Source: an uncultured Gammaproteobacteria bacterium
Lineage (GTDB): Bacteria > Patescibacteriota > Patescibacteriia > UBA1558 > GWA2-36-10
Length of the DNA stretch: 64,000 bases
Direction: 5' to 3'
Assembly: GCA_964638415.1 (NCBI GenBank)
Contig: CAZWYP010000002.1
Location: 97,997-161,996 of the forward strand
Shown: piece after piece, positions 28,638-37,997 of the stretch
How positions within the stretch are numbered: the first letter of the stretch is position 1
Layout: the number at the start of each line of letters is the position of its first letter
Program-made: the position numbers and the translations under genes
The notes under the pieces: model-generated
Databases searched by the model: none
What the model was told of the DNA's origin: nothing
The model's input: only the letters and a program-made list of their open reading frames with translations

Positions 28638-29009
28638 ATGATCCAAGATCGTTCCATGTTACAAGTAGCCGACAACTCTGGTGCCAAGCTAGTGCAGTGC
28701 ATCAAGGTTTTAGGTGGTCATAAAAAGCGCTATGCTCGCATTGGCGATGTGATTACCGTGGCCGTCAAAGTTGCTCAGCCGCATGCTACCGTTAAGAAAG
28801 GACAGGTTGAACAGGCAGTGATTGTCAGACAGCGCAAGGAAATCAGGAGAGATAACGGCATTTATGTTCGTTTTGACGATAATGCTGTGGTAATTATTGA
28901 TACCAAGAACAAAGAGCCTAAAGGCACTCGTATCTTTGGCCCAGTGGCCAGGGAGTTAAGAGCTAAAGGCTTCAATAAGATTATTTCATTAGCTCCGGAA
29001 GTATTATAA
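28638..29009 (+). CDS. rplN: 50S ribosomal protein L14.
   Basis: [17 protein letters not shown]. Confidence 0.95.
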   Translation: MIQDRSMLQVADNSGAKLVQCIKVLGGHKKRYARIGDVITVAVKVAQPHATVKKGQVEQAVIVRQRKEIRRDNGIYVRFDDNAVVIIDTKNKEPKGTRIFGPVARELRAKGFNKIISLAPEVL

Positions 29010-29014
29010 ATATT

Positions 29015-29329
29015 ATGAAAATCAGAATCAACGACAAAGTGCAAATAATGAAAGGCAAAGATCAGGGCAAGTCAGGCAAGGTGATCCAGGTTTTTGCTGG
29101 CATGAATAAAATCGTAGTAGAAGGCGTTAATACCATGTATAAGCATATCCGTTCCAATAAGCGGGGAGAGAAGGGACAGCGCGTGGAATTTAATGGGCCG
29201 ATTGCCATTAGCAATGTCGCTTTGATTTGCCCTAAATGTGGCAGAGCATCACGTTTAGGATATAAATTATTGGAAGAAGGAAAACAAAAAGCTAGAATGT
29301 GTAAAAAATGTAAAGAGGTAATTGATTAA
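29015..29329 (+). CDS. rplX: 50S ribosomal protein L24. Its C-terminal tail is replaced by a CxxC-x17-CxxC zinc-ribbon-like segment.
   Basis: KOW core plus CPKCGRASRLGYKLLEEGKQKARMCKKCKEV. Confidence 0.9.
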   Translation: MKIRINDKVQIMKGKDQGKSGKVIQVFAGMNKIVVEGVNTMYKHIRSNKRGEKGQRVEFNGPIAISNVALICPKCGRASRLGYKLLEEGKQKARMCKKCKEVID

Positions 29330-29343
29330 TTTTACCAAAAAAT

Positions 29344-29895
29344 ATGAAAGGTTTAGGAGAAAAATATCAAAAAGAGCTGAGAGCTAAGATCCAAAAAGAG
29401 TTGGGCTTGGATAATGTTATGTCAGTGCCCAAAGTACAAAAGGTGGTATTGAATGTTGGTTTAGGCAAAGCTCGTCAGAATAAGGAATGGATTGAAATTG
29501 TGCGTTCAATCTTGGAAAGAATTACCGGACAGAAGCCGGTGATGACCAAGGCGCGTAAATCTATTTCCAACTTCAAAATCCGCGAAGGCATGATTGTCGG
29601 CTCCAAAGTAACTTTACGCGGACAGAGGATGTATGATTTTTTGGAAAAATTAGTCAATATTACTTTTCCCCGTTTCCGGGATTTTCACGGCTTGGATCCG
29701 AAAAAAGGTTTTGATAAGCGCGGTGGTTATATCCTAGGCATTAAAGAGCATATTGTTTTTCCGGAAATCGGCATGGAAGATGTAGATAAAATCCATGGTT
29801 TGGAAATCTGTGTTACCACTTCTGCTGCTAATGATGAACAAGCGAGAGTTTTGTTGACCACTTTGGGTTTTCCTTTTAAAAAAAGTAAGAAATAA
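29344..29895 (+). CDS. rplE: 50S ribosomal protein L5.
   Basis: L5 sequence. Confidence 0.95.
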   Translation: MKGLGEKYQKELRAKIQKELGLDNVMSVPKVQKVVLNVGLGKARQNKEWIEIVRSILERITGQKPVMTKARKSISNFKIREGMIVGSKVTLRGQRMYDFLEKLVNITFPRFRDFHGLDPKKGFDKRGGYILGIKEHIVFPEIGMEDVDKIHGLEICVTTSAANDEQARVLLTTLGFPFKKSKK

Positions 29896-29901
29896 ATAAT
29901 T

Positions 29902-30096
29902 ATGGCTACTGAAGCACAAATTGCAAAAAGTAATAAATCACTGATTCGTCCCAAGTATTCCACCAGAGTAGTCAGACGCTGTTGGCGTTGCGGCAAGAAA
30001 AGAGCGTATATGCGCCAATTCGGCATTTGCCGCATCTGTTTCCGTGAATTAGCCTCCAAAGGTGAATTGCCGGGAGTTAAGAAATCAAGTTGGTAA
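29902..30096 (+). CDS. rpsZ: 30S ribosomal protein S14 type Z (zinc-binding).
   Basis: 61 aa. [23 protein letters not shown]. Confidence 0.9.
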   Translation: MATEAQIAKSNKSLIRPKYSTRVVRRCWRCGKKRAYMRQFGICRICFRELASKGELPGVKKSSW

Positions 30097-30131
30097 ATTT
30101 AACTATCTAAAATAATACCTAGTAAAATATT

Positions 30132-30521
30132 ATGACAGATCCTATCGCAGACATGTTAACAAGAATCAGAAATGCCGTCGCCGTAAAGAAGGCGGAGGTA
30201 TTACTGCCTTTTTCCAAGGTTAAGTTTAATATTGCCAAAGTTTTGGAAAAGGAAAATTATGTCAGCCGGGTAGAAAAAACCAATCAAGGTAAGCTGCCAG
30301 TAATTAAGATTGTTTTAAAATATGAAGACGGTCGTCCGGCGATTACTCACTTGAAGAGGATTTCTAAACCAGGTCAGAAGATTTATGTAAATAATCAGGA
30401 GATTAAGAAAGTTTTGAACGGTTATGGTTTGTCTATTATTTCTACTTCCCGCGGCCTATTAACTGACCAAGAAGCTCGCCAGCAGAAATTAGGCGGGGAA
30501 TTAATGTGTGAAATTTGGTAA
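30132..30521 (+). CDS. rpsH: 30S ribosomal protein S8.
   Basis: S8 sequence. Confidence 0.95.
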   Translation: MTDPIADMLTRIRNAVAVKKAEVLLPFSKVKFNIAKVLEKENYVSRVEKTNQGKLPVIKIVLKYEDGRPAITHLKRISKPGQKIYVNNQEIKKVLNGYGLSIISTSRGLLTDQEARQQKLGGELMCEIW

Positions 30522-30525
30522 ATAT

Positions 30526-31077
30526 ATGTCTAGAGTTGGTAAAAAACCTATTATTATACCCACCGGAGTAGAAGTTAAAATTGCTTCCGCTAATGGCCAT
30601 TTTTCGGTGTCGGTTAAAGGGCCTAAAGGTAATTTGCAAGTTGATCTTCCCCGGGAAGTTTCGGTTGCAGAACAAGACAAGCAATTGGTTTTTTCAGTTA
30701 AGAACCAAGAGAATAAGGATGAAAAAGCCTTGTGGGGTTTGGCTAGAAATTTAGTCAATAATGCTGTTTTAGGTGTCACTGGCGGTTATGTTAAGAATTT
30801 AGAGATTAATGGCGTTGGTTTTAAAGCAGCGGTGCAGGGCAAGAATCTAGTATTAAATGTCGGCTTTTCCCATCCGGTTAATTTCCCTATTCCTGAAGGC
30901 ATTAATATTACGGTAGAGAAAAACCAGATTTCAATTAGTGGTATTGATAAACAATTAGTAGGACAGACTGCGGCGGAAATCAGGCATATTAAAAAACCGG
31001 AGCCATATAAAGGCAAGGGCATTAAATATGCTGATGAAGTTATTAGACGCAAGGCCGGCAAGGTGGTCAAAGCTTAA
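30526..31077 (+). CDS. rplF: 50S ribosomal protein L6.
   Basis: MSRVGKKPIIIP. The ATG at 30526 is 4 nt after the rpsH stop. Confidence 0.93.
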   Translation: MSRVGKKPIIIPTGVEVKIASANGHFSVSVKGPKGNLQVDLPREVSVAEQDKQLVFSVKNQENKDEKALWGLARNLVNNAVLGVTGGYVKNLEINGVGFKAAVQGKNLVLNVGFSHPVNFPIPEGINITVEKNQISISGIDKQLVGQTAAEIRHIKKPEPYKGKGIKYADEVIRRKAGKVVKA

Positions 31078-31087
31078 TTTAAAACAT

Positions 31088-31444
31088 ATGAAAGATTTTA
31101 ATAAAATTAAAAAAGCCAAAGCAGTTCGCCGCCAACGCCGGACTAGAGCCAAGATTACTGGCACGGCCAATAAGCCGCGCTTGTCAGTATTCAAGAGCTT
31201 GCGCCATATTTATGTCCAGGCCATTGATGATGTTAACGGTAAGACTTTAGCGGCAGCTTCAGATAAGGAAATAAAAGCTAAAGCCAAGCCTTTAGCTTTG
31301 GCTTCCCAGGTCGGCGAATTATTAGGCGCTAAGCTTAAAGAGAAGAAGATTAGCTTTGGCATTTTTGACAAGGGCGCTTATAAATACCACGGCCGGGTGA
31401 AAGCTTTAGCCGATGGCATTAGAAAAAGCGGAATAAATTTTTAA
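31088..31444 (+). CDS. rplR: 50S ribosomal protein L18.
   Basis: L18 core. ATG at 31088 follows rplF. Confidence 0.9.
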   Translation: MKDFNKIKKAKAVRRQRRTRAKITGTANKPRLSVFKSLRHIYVQAIDDVNGKTLAAASDKEIKAKAKPLALASQVGELLGAKLKEKKISFGIFDKGAYKYHGRVKALADGIRKSGINF

Positions 31445-31453
31445 ATCAAAGTC

Positions 31454-32077
31454 ATGGATAAAGTGAAAGAATTTAAAAAACCAATGGCCGGTCCAGAAGG
31501 TAATCAGGACCGCAAGCCAAGGCCAAAAGGCCGTGGCCGCAGGCCGCAGGGCAGTAAGCCGGAGATTGCTGAAGATTTTCAGCAGCGCTTGGTTGATTTA
31601 GCCAGAGTGACTCGTGTGATGGCCGGCGGTAAGCGCATGAAATTCCGCGCCTGCTTGGTAATTGGTGACGGCAAGGGAAGAGTAGGGGCAGCGGTTGCTA
31701 AAGGTGCTGATGTTTCTGATGCTATTGCCAAGGCAGTGATTAAAGCTAAAAAGCACATGATTAAAGTGCCGATTATTGACGGCACCATTCCCCATGATAT
31801 TTATATCAAATTTAAAGCGGCTAAGTTGTTAATTAAACCCGCCCGCAAGGGTAGCGGTATTAAAGCTGGTGGCGTCGTCAGAATTATTCTGGATTTGGCC
31901 GGCGTTAAAGACGCAGTAGGCAAGATTTTAGGTGGCAGCAACAAGTTAAACAATGTAGAAGCTACTCTGGAAGCCTTGCGGTCTTTCAAGACTTCCGCTA
32001 TTAGAAAACTAGAGAAAAAATCTGCTGAACAGGTTGATAAAATTCAGCCGGTTGCTAAAGAAGAGAGAAAGTCATAA
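31454..32077 (+). CDS. rpsE: 30S ribosomal protein S5, with a basic N-terminal extension of about 30 aa.
   Basis: S5 core VTRVMAGGKRMKFRA...GDGKGRVG. Confidence 0.93.
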   Translation: MDKVKEFKKPMAGPEGNQDRKPRPKGRGRRPQGSKPEIAEDFQQRLVDLARVTRVMAGGKRMKFRACLVIGDGKGRVGAAVAKGADVSDAIAKAVIKAKKHMIKVPIIDGTIPHDIYIKFKAAKLLIKPARKGSGIKAGGVVRIILDLAGVKDAVGKILGGSNKLNNVEATLEALRSFKTSAIRKLEKKSAEQVDKIQPVAKEERKS

Positions 32078-32086
32078 AATAAACTT

Positions 32087-32566
32087 ATGTTAACTTTACA
32101 CAGTTTAAAACCAGCTAAAGGAGCTACTAAAACTAGCAAGCGTCGCGGTCGCGGTAATTCTTCTGGTCGCGGTAATTATTCTACTCGTGGCTTGAAAGGA
32201 CAGCGCGCTCGCTCTGGCGGCCGTTCTGGCCTACAATCCCGCAGTATTAAGGGATATTTATTGCGTATTCCTAAGAATAGGGGATTCCAGTCAATTAAAC
32301 AGGGATTGGTAACTATTAATCTGCAGGATTTAGAGAATAATTTTACCAATGGTGCCAAAGTAAATGCCAGAGAGTTATTGAAGAAAAAATTGATCCGCAC
32401 CACTATGTCTGGTTTGAAAATATTATCTGCCGGCAAATTAACTAAAAAATTAATTGTAGAGGCTGATGCTTTTTCCAAGCTGGCCATGGAGCAGATTAAA
32501 CAGGCCGGCGGCCAAGCTATCTTAATTACTCGCAAAAAAGTAGAGAAAGCTACTGCTAAAAAATAA
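32087..32566 (+). CDS. rplO: 50S ribosomal protein L15. It follows S5 after a 9-nt gap, so there is no rpmD/L30.
   Basis: L15 sequence. No room for L30. Confidence 0.9.
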   Translation: MLTLHSLKPAKGATKTSKRRGRGNSSGRGNYSTRGLKGQRARSGGRSGLQSRSIKGYLLRIPKNRGFQSIKQGLVTINLQDLENNFTNGAKVNARELLKKKLIRTTMSGLKILSAGKLTKKLIVEADAFSKLAMEQIKQAGGQAILITRKKVEKATAKK

Positions 32567-32568
32567 CT

Positions 32569-33846
32569 ATGCTTAAAAAATTACAACAAATTTGGAAAGC
32601 TAAAGATATTCGTAATAACATTTTTTATGTTTTAGCTTTGCTGGTTGTATTCAGAATTGCCGCTCATATTCCCATTCCGGGAGTTGATCCTAGCGGGTTG
32701 AAGGAGATTTTTGCTAATAATCAAGTCTTGGGCTTTATTGATTTATTTGCCGGCGGCGGTTTTAGCAATTTTTCCATTGTGATGTTAGGCGTTGGTCCCT
32801 ATATTACCGCTTCTATTATTTTCCAATTATTGCAGATGATTGTTCCTTCCCTGGAGGCAATGTCTAAAGAAGGAGAGCAGGGACAGCAGCGGATTAACCA
32901 ATATACCAGACGCTTAACCGTTCCCTTAGCGGCTCTGCAAGGCTGGGGCTTTATTAATTTATTAAACCAGCAAACCGGTGGTCAGTTATTAGGTAATATT
33001 TCCACTTTTCAGTTTATTACCTCAGTTTTGGTGGTAACCGCCGGATCTATTTTCTTAATGTGGCTGGGCGAATTAATTACCGAAAAGAAGATCGGTAATG
33101 GCATTTCCCTTTTGATTTTCGCCGGTATTGTGGCGCAATTACCACAGACTTTCGGTAATACCTTATTTGCTTTTGACAGCTCCCAAGTTTTGAATTTGAT
33201 TATCTTTATCTTGATTGCCTTATTGACCATTGCGGTAATTGTTATTATTACCGAAGGACAGAGAAATATTCCGGTCTCTTATGCTCGCCATATTGTCGGG
33301 CAGCGCAGCATGGGTGGCGTGCGCACTCACTTGCCGTTAAGAGTTAATCAAGCGGGAGTTATTCCAATTATCTTTGCTATTTCCGTGGTATTGTTTCCGC
33401 CGATGATTGCTCAGTTTTTCCTGCATTCCGATATTGCTTGGGTGGCTAGCGGCTCCCAATCTGTTATTGATTTGTTTAATAATCGGGTTTTCTACGGAGT
33501 ATTTTACTTTTTAGCCGTAGTGATCTTTACTTATTTCTATACTTCAATTATTTTCAAGCCCATTCAGATCTCCGAGAATCTGCAGAAGCAGGGCGGCTTC
33601 ATTCCCGGCATTCGTCCCGGCAGACATACTGCCGAATATTTGAATGCAGTGATGATGAGGATTATCTTAGCGGGAGCTCTGTTTTTGGGATTAGTAGCCG
33701 TTTTACCCTTAATTGTTTCGCCGATTACCGGAATAACCACCATGTCTTTGGGAGGTACTAGTATTCTAATTACCGTGGCTGTAGTTATTGAGACCGTGAA
33801 GCAAATTGACGCGCAATTGGTTATGCGCGATTATGAAGGGTTTTAA
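32569..33846 (+). CDS. secY: Preprotein translocase subunit SecY.
   Basis: Ten TM helices with SecY motifs. Confidence 0.95.
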   Translation: MLKKLQQIWKAKDIRNNIFYVLALLVVFRIAAHIPIPGVDPSGLKEIFANNQVLGFIDLFAGGGFSNFSIVMLGVGPYITASIIFQLLQMIVPSLEAMSKEGEQGQQRINQYTRRLTVPLAALQGWGFINLLNQQTGGQLLGNISTFQFITSVLVVTAGSIFLMWLGELITEKKIGNGISLLIFAGIVAQLPQTFGNTLFAFDSSQVLNLIIFILIALLTIAVIVIITEGQRNIPVSYARHIVGQRSMGGVRTHLPLRVNQAGVIPIIFAISVVLFPPMIAQFFLHSDIAWVASGSQSVIDLFNNRVFYGVFYFLAVVIFTYFYTSIIFKPIQISENLQKQGGFIPGIRPGRHTAEYLNAVMMRIILAGALFLGLVAVLPLIVSPITGITTMSLGGTSILITVAVVIETVKQIDAQLVMRDYEGF

Positions 33847-33900
33847 GCAGTATTTTCTGAAGCCCCTTAAATAGGGGCTTTTAATATTGTCTGGATAAAA

Positions 33901-33929
33901 TTGAGAAAAACCAACTATTTTGCTATAAT
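33901..33929 (+). promoter_or_regulatory. Sigma70-like promoter upstream of adk (TTGAGA-17-TATAAT), preceded by a weak hairpin at 33859-33884.
   Basis: ttgagaaaaaccaactattttgctataat. Confidence 0.4.
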
Positions 33930-33952
33930 TTTTATATTAGTTATTAATTAAA

Positions 33953-34600
33953 ATGCTGAAGAAAATAAAAAGCAGGATTATTCTTATCGGGCCGCAAGGT
34001 TCTGGTAAAAGCACACAAAGCCAGGTTATTGCCAATGTCCTGGATATTGTGATTATCGCCACGGGAGATATTTTACGGGAAGAGATCAAGCAAGGAACGG
34101 AATTAGGTGAGAAGCTTAAGCAGTATGTTAATAATGGTTTGTTAGCTCCAGATGAGCTCATCATTGACCTAATGATCAGTCATTTGCCAAAAGACAGCGA
34201 TGGTTTTTTATTAGACGGTTTTCCCCGCGATTTGCATCAAGCTAAGATTTTTCACGCTAAGCAACCGATAGATCACGTCTTTAACATTGAGATTTCAGAC
34301 AAAGTGGCGGTAGATAGAATTATTGGCCGGCGGATGTGCCCCAATGGCCATCTTTGGCACATTCAATACCGTCCAACAAAGCAAGAAGGTATTTGTGATA
34401 TTTGCGGAGAGAAATTAAGGCAGCGGCAGGATGATCAGGAAGAGATCGTTCGTAAGAGATTAAGTATTTATCGCCAGGAAACTAGTAAATTACTGGATTA
34501 TTACAAAGAAATGGGAAAATTAGTGGTATTTAACGGCGAACAGGCAATTGAGCAGGTAAGTAAAGATATTTTTGATTTTCTAAATAAAAATGCTAGATAA
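33953..34600 (+). CDS. adk: Adenylate kinase with a Zn-binding lid.
   Basis: P-loop GPQGSGKST. Lid CPNGH...CDICG. Confidence 0.93.
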   Translation: MLKKIKSRIILIGPQGSGKSTQSQVIANVLDIVIIATGDILREEIKQGTELGEKLKQYVNNGLLAPDELIIDLMISHLPKDSDGFLLDGFPRDLHQAKIFHAKQPIDHVFNIEISDKVAVDRIIGRRMCPNGHLWHIQYRPTKQEGICDICGEKLRQRQDDQEEIVRKRLSIYRQETSKLLDYYKEMGKLVVFNGEQAIEQVSKDIFDFLNKNAR

Positions 34601-35345
34601 AAAAACAACTGAGGAAATAGAAATTCTACGGGAAGGAGGAAGAATCCTGGGCCAGATTTTGCAGCAATTAGCTAGTGAAGTGAAGCCGGGCATGACCGGT
34701 TGGCAGCTGGATGAATTAGCGGAGAAATTGATTCTTCAGGCAGGGGGTGAACCGGCTTTTTTGCATTTTCACGGTTTTCCTAACAGTTTATGCGTGTCAA
34801 TAAATGAAACGGTAGTTCATGGCATTCCTACTAAAAAGCCTTTTGAAGAAGGGGATATTGTCGGCCTAGATTTAGGTTTGAAGTATAAAGGGTTATTTAC
34901 TGACGCTGCTTTAACCGTGCCAGTAGGTAAAATTGATGCTGAAACAGAGAAATTTATTAACATCACCAAAGAATCATTAGAAATAGCAATTAGCCAGGTT
35001 AGTCCCGATGGCTATATTGGAGATATTGGTCGGGCGATTGAAAAATTTGTTAAGCCCCATGGTTATGGCATAGTAAAGGATTTGTCTGGACACGGAGTCG
35101 GCAGGCAGGTTCATGAAGACCCTTATATTCCCAATTTTGACGTGGGAAGAAAATTGCAGAAAATGTTTCCTGGTTTAGTCTTAGCTATTGAACCAATGCT
35201 GGTTATGGGTGGTAATGATGAAATTAAGATCAGCCACAATGGCTGGGATGCTCAAGCTAAAGATGGCAGTTTGACCGCTCATTTTGAGCATACCATTGCT
35301 GTGACTGAAGATGGTTATTTAATCTTAACTGATCCAGCCCAATGA
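34590..35345 (+). CDS. map: Methionine aminopeptidase type I.
   Basis: MetAP pita-bread fold motifs. Confidence 0.93.
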   Translation: MLDKKTTEEIEILREGGRILGQILQQLASEVKPGMTGWQLDELAEKLILQAGGEPAFLHFHGFPNSLCVSINETVVHGIPTKKPFEEGDIVGLDLGLKYKGLFTDAALTVPVGKIDAETEKFINITKESLEIAISQVSPDGYIGDIGRAIEKFVKPHGYGIVKDLSGHGVGRQVHEDPYIPNFDVGRKLQKMFPGLVLAIEPMLVMGGNDEIKISHNGWDAQAKDGSLTAHFEHTIAVTEDGYLILTDPAQ

Positions 35346-35719
35346 AAATCTTAGGCATTGATTATGGTGATAAAAGAATCGGCTTAGCTTTAGCAGAAAG
35401 CAATAGTATTGCTGTGCCTTATATGGTTTTGGAGAATAATCATCGCTTAATTGATCAATTGAAAGACGTAGTAGCTAAAGAGAATATTGATTTAATTGTT
35501 GTTGGCTTGCCTTATAGCTTATCTGGAAAAATTAATGAAAGATTAACGCTAACTAAAGAATTTATAGCTAAAATTAGCCAAAATATAGCTATACCAGTAG
35601 AGACGGTTAATGAGCAGTTTACTTCCAAGATTTACACTAAGCTGGGAGTAAAAAAAGATTTAGACAAGCATGCCGCTACCGCTATTTTAGAAACTTGGCT
35701 GCAGAAAAAACATGATTGA
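35342..35719 (+). CDS. ruvX: Holliday-junction resolvase-like RuvX/YqgF.
   Basis: MKILGIDYGDKRIGLALAE. Confidence 0.85.
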   Translation: MKILGIDYGDKRIGLALAESNSIAVPYMVLENNHRLIDQLKDVVAKENIDLIVVGLPYSLSGKINERLTLTKEFIAKISQNIAIPVETVNEQFTSKIYTKLGVKKDLDKHAATAILETWLQKKHD

Positions 35720-36776
35720 TTACCAATTAAAATTTATTTTAGTTTTTTTTAGCAGTTTGGCGATAGCGATAATCCTAACTAAGATTTTTATTGGCTTAGC
35801 CAAACGCTGGCAGATTGTTGATAAGCCCGGCTTGGACAGAAAAATTCATAGCCAGCCTATACCATTATTGGGCGGCTGGCCGATTTTTTTAACGGTATTG
35901 ATTATGACTGGCTTGTTGTTTTTTAAGGGACAGTTATTAGATCCGCGTATTTCCAGTACGGCGGTGTTATTTTTTTTATTAGCCGGTTTAGTTTTAGTGA
36001 TTAACGGGTATTTTGATGATAAGTTCTCCTGGCCAGCTAAGTATAGTATCTGGGGTCCAATTATTGCTACTATCTTAGTTTTAGCTTCTGGTCTAAGAAT
36101 TACCTATGTAACTGCTTGGGATGGCGGGGTTTTTTATTTGGATAATTTATTAGCTGGGGATTTTATTATTCTCATTTTAACCGCTTTATGGCTGTTAGGA
36201 ATGACTTATACTACCAAATTGCTGGACGGATTAGACGGTTTGACCTCGAGCATTGGCTTAGTGGCTAGCTTTATTATTTTTATTGTAAGCTTGTCTTGGG
36301 ATGTAGTTGGTTCCACCACTTCTCTATTGGCGATTATTTTGGCCGGCAGTTTGGCGGGATTCTTGCTATGGAATTGGCAGCCAGCTAAGATTTTTTTAGG
36401 CGAAGGCGGCAGTACTTTTATTGGTTTTTCTTTGGGTGTTTTAGCTATTATTTCCGGCAGTAAGATTGCCACCGCTTTACTGGTGATGGGCTTGCCGGTA
36501 CTGGATGTGGTTTTAGTAATTATTAACCGCTGGCGCCGCCGCCAGCCGATTTGGCACGGTGATCAGGAGCATTTGCATTTCCGTCTATTGCACTTAGGTT
36601 TAACCCAGTGGCAAGTAGTGCTCTTTTTGTCTTTAGTAAGCCTGTTATTCGGTTCAGTTTCTCTGTTTTTTACCACTAAGGCTAAATTAGCCGCTTTATC
36701 TTTGTTATTATTACTGATGCTGGCTTTAAGCTTATGGCTTAATTGGCGTTTGCGGAAGCCTTCCAAATCAGCATGA
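35712..36776 (+). CDS. Glycosyltransferase family 4 polyprenyl-phosphate sugar-1-phosphate transferase (WecA/TagO/MraY-like).
   Basis: Polytopic membrane protein. DDxxD-like FDDKFS motif and LDGLDGL motif. Confidence 0.7.
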   Translation: MIDYQLKFILVFFSSLAIAIILTKIFIGLAKRWQIVDKPGLDRKIHSQPIPLLGGWPIFLTVLIMTGLLFFKGQLLDPRISSTAVLFFLLAGLVLVINGYFDDKFSWPAKYSIWGPIIATILVLASGLRITYVTAWDGGVFYLDNLLAGDFIILILTALWLLGMTYTTKLLDGLDGLTSSIGLVASFIIFIVSLSWDVVGSTTSLLAIILAGSLAGFLLWNWQPAKIFLGEGGSTFIGFSLGVLAIISGSKIATALLVMGLPVLDVVLVIINRWRRRQPIWHGDQEHLHFRLLHLGLTQWQVVLFLSLVSLLFGSVSLFFTTKAKLAALSLLLLLMLALSLWLNWRLRKPSKSA

Positions 36777-37225
36777 AAAAAATCTTTGGCATTTTAATAT
36801 TATTAGCCGTTATTCTGTCTTATTTTTTATTGAGCAATACAACAGAAAGCGGAGTAAGTATAAATGGAAAGGTTTTTGAGGTAAGCTTGGCTGTTTCCCA
36901 AGCAGAGCAGATTAAAGGATTGTCAGGAAGGGAAAGTTTATCTTTTGATGAAGGTATGCTGTTTGTTTATCCAGACAGAGCAGAGCGCCAGTTTTGGATG
37001 AAGGATATGAATTTTAATATTGATATTATCTGGATTGAGGGAGAGACAGTAGTTGGCTGGGTAAAGGATGTGCCAAAACCGCTGCCTAACACTCCAGAGT
37101 CAGAAATTCCAAAGGTTAATTCCAGAGCTAAGGTTGATAAAGTGCTGGAATTGGCCGCCGGCGCTATAGATAGTCTTAATTTACAGGTGGGCGATAAGGT
37201 AAAATTTGAGAATATTAAATACTAG
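36773..37225 (+). CDS. DUF192 (COG1430) secreted or anchored protein.
   Basis: MLFVYPDRAERQFWMKDMNFNIDIIWIEGE motif. N-terminal hydrophobic helix. Confidence 0.6.
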   Translation: MKKIFGILILLAVILSYFLLSNTTESGVSINGKVFEVSLAVSQAEQIKGLSGRESLSFDEGMLFVYPDRAERQFWMKDMNFNIDIIWIEGETVVGWVKDVPKPLPNTPESEIPKVNSRAKVDKVLELAAGAIDSLNLQVGDKVKFENIKY

Positions 37226-37261
37226 AATTATTATTTTGATAGTGCTAAGATATAGTCAATT

Positions 37262-37990
37262 ATGAGGAATTTATTGCCATTTATAGTGCCTTTTTTGCTG
37301 GCCGTTGGCTGGTGGCAGATATTGGATAATCCCGATCTTGTTTTTTGGGTCAGCGTTTTGTCAGTGGCTTTAATTTGGCTGACCGGCCGCAGTTTAGCTC
37401 GCCGTCATTTTTGGCAGTATCTTCGCTTATGGATTAATTTATCTTTAGTATATTTAGCTCAAGGTGCTTTCTTGATTTTATTGCTTTCTAATTCCGCTAA
37501 ATATTGGTTATTGGTTTTGTGGGTGGTTATTTGGCTAGCGGTTTTTTGGCTATTAAAGAATTATTTCCAAAAGTTAAAGAATATCACTGATACTGACTAT
37601 TTGTCATTTAATCGTTTTTTGTATTATTTAGCTTTCTGGTTGTTAACCACCAGCATATTTTATTGGATTATTTTTATCCAGTTCTCCTTATGGTATGGCT
37701 TAGGCTTGGTTTTAGTTGCTGGTTATTTGTGGACCAGGGAATTATTATTGCTAGCAGAAGAGGAAGTTAGCCCTTATTTTATCTGGCTGCTGCTATTATT
37801 AACTGCTCAAGTATTTTTGGCTGCCTATCTTTTGCCGTTAAGCTTTTTATTGGGAGGCACTATTGTATCTTTGTGGTATTATTTTATTGTAGATTTTGTT
37901 ATTAACCGTGAAAGAAAATTTAAGAAATACTTATTTTTTTTCCTGGGAGGATTAGTAATAATTCTCATCAGCTCATTTATTAATTATTAG
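37262..37990 (+). CDS. Hypothetical polytopic membrane protein.
   Basis: Multiple Trp/Leu-rich TM helices. No family. Confidence 0.4.
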   Translation: MRNLLPFIVPFLLAVGWWQILDNPDLVFWVSVLSVALIWLTGRSLARRHFWQYLRLWINLSLVYLAQGAFLILLLSNSAKYWLLVLWVVIWLAVFWLLKNYFQKLKNITDTDYLSFNRFLYYLAFWLLTTSIFYWIIFIQFSLWYGLGLVLVAGYLWTRELLLLAEEEVSPYFIWLLLLLTAQVFLAAYLLPLSFLLGGTIVSLWYYFIVDFVINRERKFKKYLFFFLGGLVIILISSFINY

Positions 37991-37997
37991 AAAATTT

